64,000 nt of DNA from Deltaproteobacteria bacterium (GCA_026995935.1 JALWNK010000023.1:73399-137398), one strand, 5' to 3'; positions 53,704 to 63,105 are shown, counted from the stretch's first letter. Numbers and translations are program-made. Notes: generated by a model from the letters alone, not told the origin.

Positions 53704-55464
53704 TTAGCATGCCCTTACCACCCTGAACATGCCGGTATGCATGTGATAAAGGATGTGACAGTGAAATGCCCAATTTCCAAAGGCGTCTGCATCCACCTCC
53801 ACACAAAGTTTTTCAGCAGGCTTTATGTTAACGGTGTGCTTTCTTGGCAGGAAGGGTTCACATCCGTTTTGCACCCTCATCCACATCCCGTGAAGATGAA
53901 TGGGGTGATCCATCATGGTGTGGTTAACAAAAATAATGCGAACCCGTTTCCCCAGGGGAAAGTCCAATAGATCCTCAAACCTTGAGCTCCATCTTTTTCC
54001 GTCCCATGCCCACATCTTCCAGATAAACCGTTCCATATTCCCTGTAAGGTGTATCTCTAAGGTCTTATCAGGGCTAGAGCTTGCCTGGGGATAAGGTTCA
54101 AGGGCCTTGAGATCAGCATAACAAAGGACTCGCCTGGTGGCACCAGAAAGCCCGGTTCCGGGGTTATCCACCATGCACTTTGGTCTGTTTACAACCATTG
54201 CGGCATCGGGACCAAAGGGATAGCTGCGGTGCCTTTTTGGACTGCATTGACCGCACAAGTCTTTCCCTTGTCCCATGTTCATCTTGTCCATCTGGCCATC
54301 CATTTTCATGTCCATGACCATGGCTTCCATCCCCCTTTCAAGGGGAGGTCTTCTTGGCGGTGCCTTAGCAGGCATATTTCTTGACCAAGTGAGGCTTGCA
54401 AGGCCAAATCCGCTTCTGTCCATGGCCTCTGCGAAAAGGGCGTACGGTCGTCTTTCCTCTGGTTTCACAATCACATCGTAGGTCTCTGCTACAGCTATCC
54501 TGAATTCATCCACCTCCACTGGTTCCACGTTTTGACCGTCTGCCTGCACCACGGTCATTTTCAAGCCGGGGATCCTGAAGTCAAAGTAGGTGGATGCCGA
54601 GGCGTTTATTATCCTGAGCCTCACCCGTTCACCAGGCCGGAAAAGAAGGGCGTGGTTTTCATCTGGCCCAAACCCGTTAATGAGATACGTGTAGGTTGCG
54701 CCGGTGATGTCTGCTATGTCCCTTGGATTCATGCGCATCCTTGCCCACATAGCCCTTGTTTTAAGGGTATTAAGGAAGCCTTTTCTGGAGATGCCATTAA
54801 CAAGGTTAAATATGGTCCTCTTTTGATAGTTGTAATACCCTTCCCACTTTTTTAGATGCATCAGCACCGCTTCCGGTTCTTCAAAGGTCCAGTCCGAAAG
54901 AACTACCACGTGTTCCCTGTGGTAGTGATAGGGTTCAGGCTCCATTGGATCGCATATCAGCGGACCGTAATGGCCAAGCTGTTCTTGGAGACCTGTGTGG
55001 GAGTGGTACCAGTATGTCCCACTCTGCTTGACAGGAAAGTGATAGGTAAAGGTCTCTCCAGGGTCTATGCCTGGAAAGACCACACCTGGCACGCCATCCA
55101 TCTGGTAGGGAATGATTATGCCGTGCCAATGGATGGATGTGGATTCATCCAGTTGGTTATTCACCTTTATGATGGCATCCTTACCCTCCTTTAGCCTTAT
55201 AAGGGGGCCAGGAAACTGCCCGTTGAGGGTGATGGGATAGCCTACATCCATACCCATCAAAAGGGGCTCTCTTTTGATAGTTATCTCGTAATAGACGGCA
55301 GAATCCGTCTCCTTTCCATGTAAGGCCATTATCCCCGGCCTTTTTGCAGAAAGGGAGGAAAACGGCGTCAACAGCATACTGGAGGCAGCGGTTCCTAGTC
55401 CGGCCTTTAGAAGGGTCCTTCTTTTTATTTTTGGTTTAGGCATGTAAGCATTCCTTTTGGACAA
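53704..55464 (-). CDS. pcoA: Periplasmic multicopper oxidase (PcoA/CopA type)
   Basis: Tat signal KIKRRTLLKAGLG. Copper ligand motifs are HWHG, WYHSH, HPIHLHG and HCHILYHMHTGM. There is also a Met-rich insert, MEAMVMDMKMDGQMDKMNMGQG. Confidence 0.9.
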   Translation of the reverse strand: MSKRNAYMPKPKIKRRTLLKAGLGTAASSMLLTPFSSLSAKRPGIMALHGKETDSAVYYEITIKREPLLMGMDVGYPITLNGQFPGPLIRLKEGKDAIIKVNNQLDESTSIHWHGIIIPYQMDGVPGVVFPGIDPGETFTYHFPVKQSGTYWYHSHTGLQEQLGHYGPLICDPMEPEPYHYHREHVVVLSDWTFEEPEAVLMHLKKWEGYYNYQKRTIFNLVNGISRKGFLNTLKTRAMWARMRMNPRDIADITGATYTYLINGFGPDENHALLFRPGERVRLRIINASASTYFDFRIPGLKMTVVQADGQNVEPVEVDEFRIAVAETYDVIVKPEERRPYALFAEAMDRSGFGLASLTWSRNMPAKAPPRRPPLERGMEAMVMDMKMDGQMDKMNMGQGKDLCGQCSPKRHRSYPFGPDAAMVVNRPKCMVDNPGTGLSGATRRVLCYADLKALEPYPQASSSPDKTLEIHLTGNMERFIWKMWAWDGKRWSSRFEDLLDFPLGKRVRIIFVNHTMMDHPIHLHGMWMRVQNGCEPFLPRKHTVNIKPAEKLCVEVDADAFGNWAFHCHILYHMHTGMFRVVRAC

Positions 55465-55526
55465 GCCAATAAGGCCAGAGAATGTTCCAGGCAGAATATA
55501 AAGATACTCAATTTTGAATTAACATT

Positions 55527-55555
55527 ATTATAATAAAAAAAATTTTAAAAGTCTA
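55527..55555 (-). promoter_or_regulatory. Candidate sigma-70 promoter TAGACT-N17-TATAAT upstream of pcoA
   Basis: The hexamers are read on the minus strand in an AT-rich intergenic region. The -10 box lies about 60 nt upstream of the pcoA start. Confidence 0.3.
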
Positions 55556-55685
55556 TAAACCTTGCCTGAAAGGATTTTTACAGAAGTAGAATCTTTACAA
55601 TCTAGCTAGAGAGCTACCTGGTTCATCAAGGGTAACGAATCAACAAAGCAACAGATGTTTTAAGGAATTTGAACCTGTGTATGGG

Positions 55686-55729
55686 AAGAAAAAAGAAAGG
55701 CCCTCTACGTCTTCACAGACGCGAGGGCC
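55686..55729 (-). terminator. Rho-independent terminator of the cyd operon
   Basis: On the minus strand the stem-loop GGCCCTCGCGTCT-GTGA-AGACGTAGAGGGCC is followed by TTTCTTTTTTCTTC. It lies 34 nt downstream of the small ORF stop. Confidence 0.65.
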
Positions 55730-55762
55730 AGTAGTCTGTAGGGGTCATATTTATAGGGATAA

Positions 55763-55855
55763 TTACAAAAGATCAGTCTTTTTTAGGAGCATGACAGATC
55801 CCTGAAGGGAAACCACGATTGTCACAATCCAGCAAAATATGAGAAGTCCCTGCAT
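55763..55855 (-). CDS. 30-aa single-TM peptide downstream of cydB (CydX/CydS-like candidate)
   Basis: It is too short for the ORF track. My translation is MQGLLIFCWIVTIVVSLQGSVMLLKKTDLL*. GGAGG lies 5 nt upstream, the ORF starts 12 nt after the cydB stop, and the operon terminator follows. Confidence 0.45.
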   Translation of the reverse strand: MQGLLIFCWIVTIVVSLQGSVMLLKKTDLL

Positions 55856-55867
55856 AGCATCCTCCTT

Positions 55868-57013
55868 TTAATAGTTTTCACTGGCCTCAGGACCTTCAAG
55901 CTCCTGGGCCTTGAGTTTCTTGCTGTCCATCTGTTTCCACACGTAGGCAATGTAGGCCAGAACCACAGGGATGATAAGGGCCACGTAAGTCATTGCAGTA
56001 AGGGTGTAATGGGAACTTGATGCATTAAAGATGGTAAGGCTTGACTGCAGGTCCGCCTTTGAAGGATAAAAGGGCGTATGATTGTAGCCTGCCGTGAAAA
56101 AGACAGCAAGGCCCACAAGAACGGTTCCCAGACCAGCAAACCAGATGCCGCTGTCCTTGTTCTGAAACCTTGCGGAATAAACGGCAAAGATGACAAGCCC
56201 TAGGCCAGTAAGTAGGATGATAAGAACAATGGGCATCTCTATAAGGTTTTTCAGGTACTTAAAGGGCATCATGGAGACAATACCCGTTGCCGGGTCAATG
56301 TTAAATCCATCCATGGTCAAAAGCCCTATAAGCACGATGAGCAGGAAGGGCAGGGAGGCCACGAAGTTTGACAGAACAGCGTTTCTTGTCCGGGTCTTAA
56401 ATGCGTCCATGCCAGAAAAATCGATATTGTTCAAGAGGTAAAGTGCTCCAAGAACCCTGGCGTTCAGCACAAGGAAGATGCCAAGGCTTACATTGAAGAT
56501 GTTCTGGGCAGCCTCAAGACCCCTCCAGGGAGTGGTCCATTTTACCAGGTTGTACTCGTTAAGAACGAAATTTGACCCTGTGAAAAAGGTGCCAACTGCA
56601 GTTCCAATAAGAAGTATTCCAACAACCCCGTTTATGAACAAAAATGCCTCGTAGACCGTGGGGCCAAAGAGGTTTTCCGGTTTCTTGCGGTACTCAAAGC
56701 TCACCGCCTGGACAATAAATGTAAAGAGTATGGCAATCCAGACCCAGTAGGCCCCGCCAAAGCTTGTGGCATAAAACTTTGGAAAGGCGGCAAAGAGGGC
56801 CCCACCGAAGAGAACAAGGGTGGTAAAGGTAAGCTCCCACTTTCTGCCAATGGAGTTTATTATCAAGGACTTTTCCGTCTCGTTTTTCCCAAGTTGCCAG
56901 ATAAGGGTCTGCCCCCCTTGGACAAAGGTGAGAAAGAGAAACAGAGAACCTACTACTGAACCAAGAAGCCACCATAGTTTTTGCAAAGTTGCCAGATCAA
57001 GGCTTCCTATCAT
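55868..57013 (-). CDS. cydB: Cytochrome bd quinol oxidase subunit II
   Basis: 381 aa, polytopic, and adjacent to cydA with a 1-nt gap. The sequence is typical of CydB (WWLLGSVVGSLFLFL, GGAYWVWIAILF). Confidence 0.9.
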   Translation of the reverse strand: MIGSLDLATLQKLWWLLGSVVGSLFLFLTFVQGGQTLIWQLGKNETEKSLIINSIGRKWELTFTTLVLFGGALFAAFPKFYATSFGGAYWVWIAILFTFIVQAVSFEYRKKPENLFGPTVYEAFLFINGVVGILLIGTAVGTFFTGSNFVLNEYNLVKWTTPWRGLEAAQNIFNVSLGIFLVLNARVLGALYLLNNIDFSGMDAFKTRTRNAVLSNFVASLPFLLIVLIGLLTMDGFNIDPATGIVSMMPFKYLKNLIEMPIVLIILLTGLGLVIFAVYSARFQNKDSGIWFAGLGTVLVGLAVFFTAGYNHTPFYPSKADLQSSLTIFNASSSHYTLTAMTYVALIIPVVLAYIAYVWKQMDSKKLKAQELEGPEASENY

Positions 57014-57014
57014 T

Positions 57015-58553
57015 TTATTTCACCTCCTTTGGGCCAATCTGTATCTGCTTGAGCATTATCTTTACCTCTGCGATGAGAAGCAGGGTAAAGGTAATGAGGA
57101 ACATAAAAAAGGTGAGCTTTACGTTGACAGGGGCTATGTCCGTTCTTGCAACCTTTACTGGCAAAAGCCCCTGGATGGCCCATGGCTGCCTTCCCACCTC
57201 TGCAACCACCCATCCTGCCTCACCTGCAATGTAAGCAAGGACAAAGAAGAGTATGCCAATGGGATAGAGCCACGTGTTTCTCTCTATAGTGCCCTTGGCG
57301 GTAAAGAAAAGGTAGAGAAGGAAAATGATTATCATGCCGGTTCCCACTGCAGCCATTATATGAAAGGAGTAAAAGGTTATTGATACAGGTGGCACTGCCT
57401 CCTTGGGCGAGTCAAGGTGGCCGTAACCAAGGAAATCTTTGTACTGATTGAACAGGGCCAGGGCATTTGAGGCCTTGGTAAGGTCACCGGCCTTTTTGGC
57501 TGCCTTGTACTCGGCAAGGTATTTAACCGCGCGCTTTCCCTTTTTGATCATGTCAGTGACGCCTGTGATGTTGTAATCCTTGTTTCCAAAGACAAGGTCG
57601 TTGATTCCAGGCACAAAGCTGCCTGCCTGACGATTTGCAAGAAGGGACAAAAGTCCTGGAATCTTGAATTCAACAACAAAGGGGTCCTGAAAGTCCCCAG
57701 GCTCCTTCATTCCGTTAACGATTCCAAAGGCAACGACAGGTGCGTTTTTCTGCCCATCCCAAAGGCCCTCCATGGCTGCAAGCTTCATGGGCTGATGCTT
57801 TCCGTCAATAAAGGCTGCTTCGTCCCCTGTAAAGGCAACCATGAGGGAGGCAATGAGGCCAAAGACCGAGGCCACGGCGATGCTCCTTTTTGCCATCTTC
57901 ACGTGCCTCCGTCTTGCCAGGTAGTAGGAAGAGATCGCAATTACAAAGAAGGAAGAGAGGGCAAATCCAGAGGTTGTGGCGTGGGTAAACTTACTGATAG
58001 CATATGGGGAAAGCACCACGTCAAAAAAGTTTTGCATCTCAAACCTTGCAGTATCCGGATTAAATGCCATGCCTGTTGGAAACTGCATCCATCCGTTTGC
58101 CACAAGGATCCACAGGGCTGAAAGGTTGGAGCCTATGGCAACCATCCATGTGGACAGGAGGTGGAAACCCTTTGAGACCCTGTTCCAGCCAAAGAACATG
58201 ACTGCAAAAAATGTGGCCTCAAGGAAAAAGGCCACGATTCCCTCAATGGCAAGGGGTGCCCCGAAAATGTCTCCCACCATCCAGGAGTAGTTGGCCCAGT
58301 TGGTGCCGAACTCAAACTCAAGGATGATGCCAGTGGCAACACCAATGGCAAAGTTGATACCAAATAGCTTCATCCAGAACTTGGTTAGTTCCTTCCACTC
58401 CTCCTTTCCCGTCTTGACATAGATGGTCTCGAAAAAGGCACACAAAAACGTGAGGCCCAGGGTCAGGGGCACAAAGAGCCAGTGGTACATGGCCGTAAGG
58501 GCAAACTGTGCCCGTGCCCAGTTGACCGTGCTAAGATCAATCTGTTCAAGCAT
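57015..58553 (-). CDS. cydA: Cytochrome bd quinol oxidase subunit I
   Basis: From the ATG at 58553 (GGAGG SD) it reads MLEQIDLSTVNWARAQFALTAMYHWLFVPLTLG, followed by GWMQFP, a Q-loop and EAGWVVAEVGRQPW. The ORF-track start at 58709 adds 52 implausible residues. Confidence 0.9.
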   Translation of the reverse strand: MLEQIDLSTVNWARAQFALTAMYHWLFVPLTLGLTFLCAFFETIYVKTGKEEWKELTKFWMKLFGINFAIGVATGIILEFEFGTNWANYSWMVGDIFGAPLAIEGIVAFFLEATFFAVMFFGWNRVSKGFHLLSTWMVAIGSNLSALWILVANGWMQFPTGMAFNPDTARFEMQNFFDVVLSPYAISKFTHATTSGFALSSFFVIAISSYYLARRRHVKMAKRSIAVASVFGLIASLMVAFTGDEAAFIDGKHQPMKLAAMEGLWDGQKNAPVVAFGIVNGMKEPGDFQDPFVVEFKIPGLLSLLANRQAGSFVPGINDLVFGNKDYNITGVTDMIKKGKRAVKYLAEYKAAKKAGDLTKASNALALFNQYKDFLGYGHLDSPKEAVPPVSITFYSFHIMAAVGTGMIIIFLLYLFFTAKGTIERNTWLYPIGILFFVLAYIAGEAGWVVAEVGRQPWAIQGLLPVKVARTDIAPVNVKLTFFMFLITFTLLLIAEVKIMLKQIQIGPKEVK

Positions 58554-58557
58554 TCTC

Positions 58558-58842
58558 TTACCTCCTCTGTTGTAATATTTGTTGTTGGTTGATGCCTTGT
58601 GTGGGTAAGCCTGGAGAAACGAGCAATTGGGAGACATGCTCGGCCTTTTCCGCGTCGCTGTGAAAGAACCTGTCAAGCATGTCTGGAAAGAAGAAGAGCT
58701 TGAATACAAAGAAGATTATAAAGAGCTTTATGGCAATTATCTTCCATAGGGTCTTGCCAAGCCCCATGGACTTCATACCCTGGACATAAAATTCCACGAT
58801 CCTTCCAGGAAGGCCCTTATTGCTCCCGATGTTGGATTGCAT
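58558..58842 (-). CDS. DUF4492-like small membrane protein upstream of cydA
   Basis: 94 aa. The segment RIVEFYVQGMKSMGLGKTLWKIIAIKLFIIFFVFKLFFFPDML matches my recollection of the DUF4492 family found 5' of cydAB. Confidence 0.5.
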   Translation of the reverse strand: MQSNIGSNKGLPGRIVEFYVQGMKSMGLGKTLWKIIAIKLFIIFFVFKLFFFPDMLDRFFHSDAEKAEHVSQLLVSPGLPTQGINQQQILQQRR

Positions 58843-59090
58843 TTTTTACACCTTTAACAATATCGTTTATCCTTATGGAGATAGGCGACTCAAAGACAAA
58901 GTTGATTATTAAGACTTTTTTTATCCGCGTGAATCCTGTCTGTCAAGTAAATTTTGAATATTTTCTCACTTGAAATTTTTTCGCATGTATATTCTATCAC
59001 ATATTCGTGTTTTGGGAATTGTTTGATAATGGTTTAAAATCGGACTGTCTGATATCGTTCATTTAAAAAAGCACAAAAAAAGGAGGAGAC

Positions 59091-59798
59091 ATGATCTCTG
59101 GCAAACTCTTTAGAAAGGTCGTGTTTTTGGAAATGGTACTGGTGTGTGTTTTTTTCTTTTCTGGGGCAGTTTCTGGAATTTGTCAGCAAAAGCTGGCCCA
59201 TGGCAAGAAAGGCCTCTTCCTTGATTTTGAAAACGTTCCCGCAGGGGCCCTTCCAGAAGGCTGGAAGGTAGAGGCCACAAGAAAGTACGGCCCCCTTGCC
59301 ACATGGGAGGTTGTTAAAGACAACACCGCCCCGTCAGGAGAAAAGGTGCTGGCCCTTACAAAAATAAACCATGGTTCTGGAAGTACATTCAACCTGTGCT
59401 GGACAAATGATGTCTCCTTCCAGGATGGCACCATAGAGGTGATGCTAAAGCCAGTTAGCGGCAGGATAGATCAGGGTGGGGGCATCATGTGGAGAGTAAA
59501 GGACAGGAACAATTACTACGTTGCCCGTTTTAACCCCCTTGAGGACAACTTCAGGGTCTACTATGTGGCAAATGGACACAGGATGATGGTGAACAGCGCC
59601 AGGGTTTCTCTTCCTGCTGGCAAGTGGCACTCAATGAAGATTGTGCAAAAAGGGGACAGGTACCAGTGCTATCTTAACGGCAAGAAGTACCTTGAAGGAA
59701 CAGATGACCATTTCCAGAAGGCTGGAGGGGTGGGCCTCTGGACAAAGGCAGATGCGGTTACCTCCTTTGATAACTTCAAGGTGGAGGCTGAAAACTGA
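59091..59798 (+). CDS. Secreted concanavalin-A-like/LamG-fold protein (DUF1080-like)
   Basis: It has a signal peptide and the pattern GGGIMWRVKDRNNYYVARF...GKWHSMKIV..GDRYQCYLNGK...GGVGLWTKADAVTSFDNFKV. A GGAGGAG SD is present. Confidence 0.4.
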   Translation: MISGKLFRKVVFLEMVLVCVFFFSGAVSGICQQKLAHGKKGLFLDFENVPAGALPEGWKVEATRKYGPLATWEVVKDNTAPSGEKVLALTKINHGSGSTFNLCWTNDVSFQDGTIEVMLKPVSGRIDQGGGIMWRVKDRNNYYVARFNPLEDNFRVYYVANGHRMMVNSARVSLPAGKWHSMKIVQKGDRYQCYLNGKKYLEGTDDHFQKAGGVGLWTKADAVTSFDNFKVEAEN

Positions 59799-59799
59799 T

Positions 59800-60840
59800 A
59801 TGCTGGCAACCAAAAACGTAAGGCTGGTCCTTGGGGTCCTCTTTTTTGCCCTTTTTAGTGCAGGCCTCATTTCATGCACAAACAAGGGACAGGATTCGGA
59901 AAATACCGTTGTGGTCTATGTATCAGAGGATCAGGTGTTTTCAGAGCCCATCCTAAAGGACTTTGAAAGGCAGACAGGCATCAAGGTGAAGGCGGTTTAT
60001 GATACGGAAGAGGCAAAGAGCACAGGGGTCATGAACAGGCTCATTGCCGAAAAGGACAACCCCCAGGCAGATGTTTATTGGGCAAACGAGCCCATAAGGG
60101 CCCAGGTACTCAAGGAAAAGGATATCTCTGCCCCCTATGTGTCAAAAAATGCAGAAACCATCCCGGATGTCTTTAAGGACAGAGAGGGCTACTGGACGGG
60201 TTTTTCCGCAAGGGCAAGGGTCCTTATTGTGAACAGGGAAGTAAAAAGTGAGCCAAAGTCCATATTTGATCTTGCATCACCTAAGTGGAGGGGAAGGGCG
60301 GTCATTGCCAACCCGCTATTCGGTACAACTACGTCTCACATTGCCGCCCTTTTCACAGTCTTTGGTGATGAAAGGGCAAGGGCCTTCATGGACTCCTTAA
60401 AGGGGAATGAGGTTGCCATTTCCACCAGCAACGGGGAAAGTGCTGACCTTGTGGCCTCGGGCCGGTATGCATTCAGCCTTGTGGATAGTGATGATGCCGT
60501 AAACCGGATAAGGCAGGGAAGACCCGTAAAGATGGTCTATCCTGATCAGGGAGAAAGGGGCCTTGGATGTTTCATTGTGCCAAATGTGGTGGTCATGATA
60601 AAGGGTGCACGTCACCCAGAGGCTGCCAGAAGGCTTATAGACTATCTGCTTTCACCACAAGTTGAAAGGAAGCTTGCCTTTGCAGACTGCGCCCAGATCC
60701 CCCTTCACAAGGGTGTAGAGATTCCTCCCGAGCTTAAGCCCCTTGACAGGATAAAGGTAATGAAGGTGGATTATGAAAAAGTCGCCAAAAAGATGCTTGA
60801 AATACAGCCGTTTTTGAGGAAATGGGCCGGGCTTAAATGA
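59800..60840 (+). CDS. ABC transporter periplasmic substrate-binding lipoprotein, Fe(III)/FbpA-like family
   Basis: I prefer the start at MLATKNVRLVLGVLFFALFSAGLISC (lipobox). The sequence VVVYVSEDQVF...VYWANEP is typical of the Fbp/AfuA class. It starts 1 nt after the previous stop. Confidence 0.65.
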   Translation: MLATKNVRLVLGVLFFALFSAGLISCTNKGQDSENTVVVYVSEDQVFSEPILKDFERQTGIKVKAVYDTEEAKSTGVMNRLIAEKDNPQADVYWANEPIRAQVLKEKDISAPYVSKNAETIPDVFKDREGYWTGFSARARVLIVNREVKSEPKSIFDLASPKWRGRAVIANPLFGTTTSHIAALFTVFGDERARAFMDSLKGNEVAISTSNGESADLVASGRYAFSLVDSDDAVNRIRQGRPVKMVYPDQGERGLGCFIVPNVVVMIKGARHPEAARRLIDYLLSPQVERKLAFADCAQIPLHKGVEIPPELKPLDRIKVMKVDYEKVAKKMLEIQPFLRKWAGLK

Positions 60841-62414
60841 TAAAAAGGCTTATACTATGGGCAGCGGCCTTGGTTCTTTTTATTTCCGGGGTGCTGCCTG
60901 TTTTGTCAATGTTTTATAGCAGCCTGCTGTTAGACGGTCATTTCTCCTTTTCAAACTACCTTCATATCTTTTCTTCAGAGCGTGAGTGGATTCTTTTAAA
61001 AAATTCCCTTACCCTGGCGTTTCTTGTCAGCCTGATAAGCCTTTTCTTGGGTGTTCCCCTCGGGCTTTTACTTGGAAAGGCGGACATACCGTTTAAGAGG
61101 CAACTGTCCCTGATCCTTTGCATCCCCATTCTTATCCCTCCCTACATTATGGCCGTCTCTGTAGATAACTGCCTTGGGCAAGAAGGCATCTTAAGGCTTT
61201 TCCTGCCTGGCTGGGTCTTGCGCAGCCTTTCAGACCACTACTTTGGGCTTGGGGGCTCGGTTTTTGTTCTGTCAACGGTTTATTTGCCTATACCCATGCT
61301 ACTAACCATCTGTCTTTTGAAAAACGTAAATCCTAGTCTTGAGGAAGCAGCGAGGCTTTGTGCAAAGTGGCCCCTGGTGCTAAAGGAGATCACCCTGCCC
61401 ATCATAAGGCCAGGGCTTACTCTTTCAGCGCTCCTTGTTTTTGTGCTTTGTCTCGGAGAGTTTAGTGTGCCGTCATATTTAAGATACCAGGTATTTTCTG
61501 TTGAAAGCTTTACCCAGTTTAGCGCAGTCTATGACTTTGGCTCGGCCACTGCCCAGAGCATGCCCCTTGCTGTCATAGCTCTCCTTCTTCTGGTTGCCGA
61601 ATCCCGGTACTCAAGAAAGAATCTCTTTCTTTCAACACCCCTTGTTTCAGGCACTAAGAGACTTGAAATAGCCCTTGGAAAATCAAGGCCGTATCTCTTC
61701 ATCCTGGTTTCCTGCCTGGCTTTTCTAATCGTCATCGTGCCCCTTTTGTCCCTGTTTTACAGCTCACTTGACTTATCCATTTATGAAGAGGCCATCAAGG
61801 TGGCAGGAGACGCCCTCTTAAGGAGCTTTTTCTATGCCTTTTTAGGTGCATCCCTTTTGGCCGTTCTTGGCTTTCTTTCCGCTTACACCATAAAAAACAG
61901 GCAGATCTGGTGCTGGAGGCTTGTTGACATGACAAGCCTTTTCCTTTTTGCCATTCCAGGCACCGTTCTTGGAATAGGACTAATTGCAACCTGGAACAAC
62001 CCATGGACCCAGTTTGTCTACTCAAGCCTGCTCATAATCGTCCTTGGATACCTCGCAAGGTATCACGTGCTTTCAAGCAGAATCATACTTTCTCAGCTCC
62101 ACCTGATTTCCCCTTCAATGGAAGAGGCTGCCCAGTTGGCTGGAGCAGGCTGGCTATCAAGGATGGTGTTCATCCTTGCTCCCCTTTCAAAGAGGGCAAT
62201 TATGGCTGCCTGGCTCTGCGTTTTTCTTTTTTGTCTAAGGGATACGGACATAAGCCTTATTGTTTACCCTCCAGGGTGCGAGACCCTGCCTGTTAGGATA
62301 TTTACCCTTATGGCAAACGGCAGCCCTGGCCTCATCTCAGGCCTTTGCATGCTCATGGTAGTTTCGGTTTTGGTTCCTGCCTCCATACTCTGGCATCTAA
62401 GGTGGCGCAGATAA
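60837..62414 (+). CDS. ABC transporter permease with duplicated transmembrane domains (FbpB-like)
   Basis: 525 aa made of two tandem BPD-type permease halves, each with an EAA-like loop (LEEAARLCAKWP, MEEAAQLAGAGW). Confidence 0.8.
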   Translation: MIKRLILWAAALVLFISGVLPVLSMFYSSLLLDGHFSFSNYLHIFSSEREWILLKNSLTLAFLVSLISLFLGVPLGLLLGKADIPFKRQLSLILCIPILIPPYIMAVSVDNCLGQEGILRLFLPGWVLRSLSDHYFGLGGSVFVLSTVYLPIPMLLTICLLKNVNPSLEEAARLCAKWPLVLKEITLPIIRPGLTLSALLVFVLCLGEFSVPSYLRYQVFSVESFTQFSAVYDFGSATAQSMPLAVIALLLLVAESRYSRKNLFLSTPLVSGTKRLEIALGKSRPYLFILVSCLAFLIVIVPLLSLFYSSLDLSIYEEAIKVAGDALLRSFFYAFLGASLLAVLGFLSAYTIKNRQIWCWRLVDMTSLFLFAIPGTVLGIGLIATWNNPWTQFVYSSLLIIVLGYLARYHVLSSRIILSQLHLISPSMEEAAQLAGAGWLSRMVFILAPLSKRAIMAAWLCVFLFCLRDTDISLIVYPPGCETLPVRIFTLMANGSPGLISGLCMLMVVSVLVPASILWHLRWRR

Positions 62415-62430
62415 AAGGGCGTGTTTAGAC

Positions 62431-63105
62431 ATGGCAGAAGTCAAGCTTAAATCCATTACCAAATACCTGGACGGACGCCTGGTACTTAAAGATATTGATC
62501 TTGAAATTGAAAAGGGTGCAAGGCTTGTGCTCCTTGGCCCTTCTGGGTGCGGAAAGACAACACTCTTGAGGCTCATTGCCGGCTTTATTGCGCCAGATGA
62601 AGGAGAAATTTTTATAAGTGGCAAAATGGTATCCAAGGCGGGGGAAATAGTTGTTCCCCCGGAAGAAAGGGGAATAGGTTTCGTCTTTCAGGACCTTGCC
62701 CTTTGGCCCCACATGAGCGTTTATAAAAACCTGGAGTTTGTCCTTAAGGCCCAAGGGATGCCCAAGGCAAAAAGGAAAGAGCGAATCAAAAAAATGCTTG
62801 AGATGGTGGGGCTTAAAGACCTTTCATCCAGGATGCCTGCACAGCTTTCAGGAGGCCAGCAGCAAAGGGTGGCCCTTGCAAGGGCACTTGTTTCAAGGCC
62901 CTCTCTTGTACTTATGGATGAGCCACTTTCAAGCCTCGATTGGGACCTAAGGGCACACCTTGCCAAGAGGATATGTAAGCTCCAGGAAGAGATCGGATTT
63001 ACCATGGTCTACGTGACCCATGACAGGGAGGAAACAAGACAGCTTGCTACCCAGGTTGTTGTCATGAAAAATGGTACCATTAAAGGAAATGGGGAAAAAT
63101 CTTAG
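62431..63105 (+). CDS. ABC transporter ATP-binding protein (short, no C-terminal regulatory domain)
   Basis: Motifs present: Walker A GPSGCGKTT, Q-loop, signature LSGGQQQRV, Walker B LVLMDEPLS and the H-loop THD. It is only 224 aa. Confidence 0.85.
   Translation: MAEVKLKSITKYLDGRLVLKDIDLEIEKGARLVLLGPSGCGKTTLLRLIAGFIAPDEGEIFISGKMVSKAGEIVVPPEERGIGFVFQDLALWPHMSVYKNLEFVLKAQGMPKAKRKERIKKMLEMVGLKDLSSRMPAQLSGGQQQRVALARALVSRPSLVLMDEPLSSLDWDLRAHLAKRICKLQEEIGFTMVYVTHDREETRQLATQVVVMKNGTIKGNGEKS

Noticed and set aside
55465-55560. A sigma-54 (-24 GG / -12 GC) promoter or a CopR/CusR box upstream of pcoA.
   Set aside because: The TGG-containing strings (CTGGAACATTCTCTGGCC and TGGCCTTATTGGCTTG) do not place GG and GC 10 nt apart. 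I saw no convincing direct-repeat CopR-type box. A sigma-70-like TAGACT-N17-TATAAT is the better reading.
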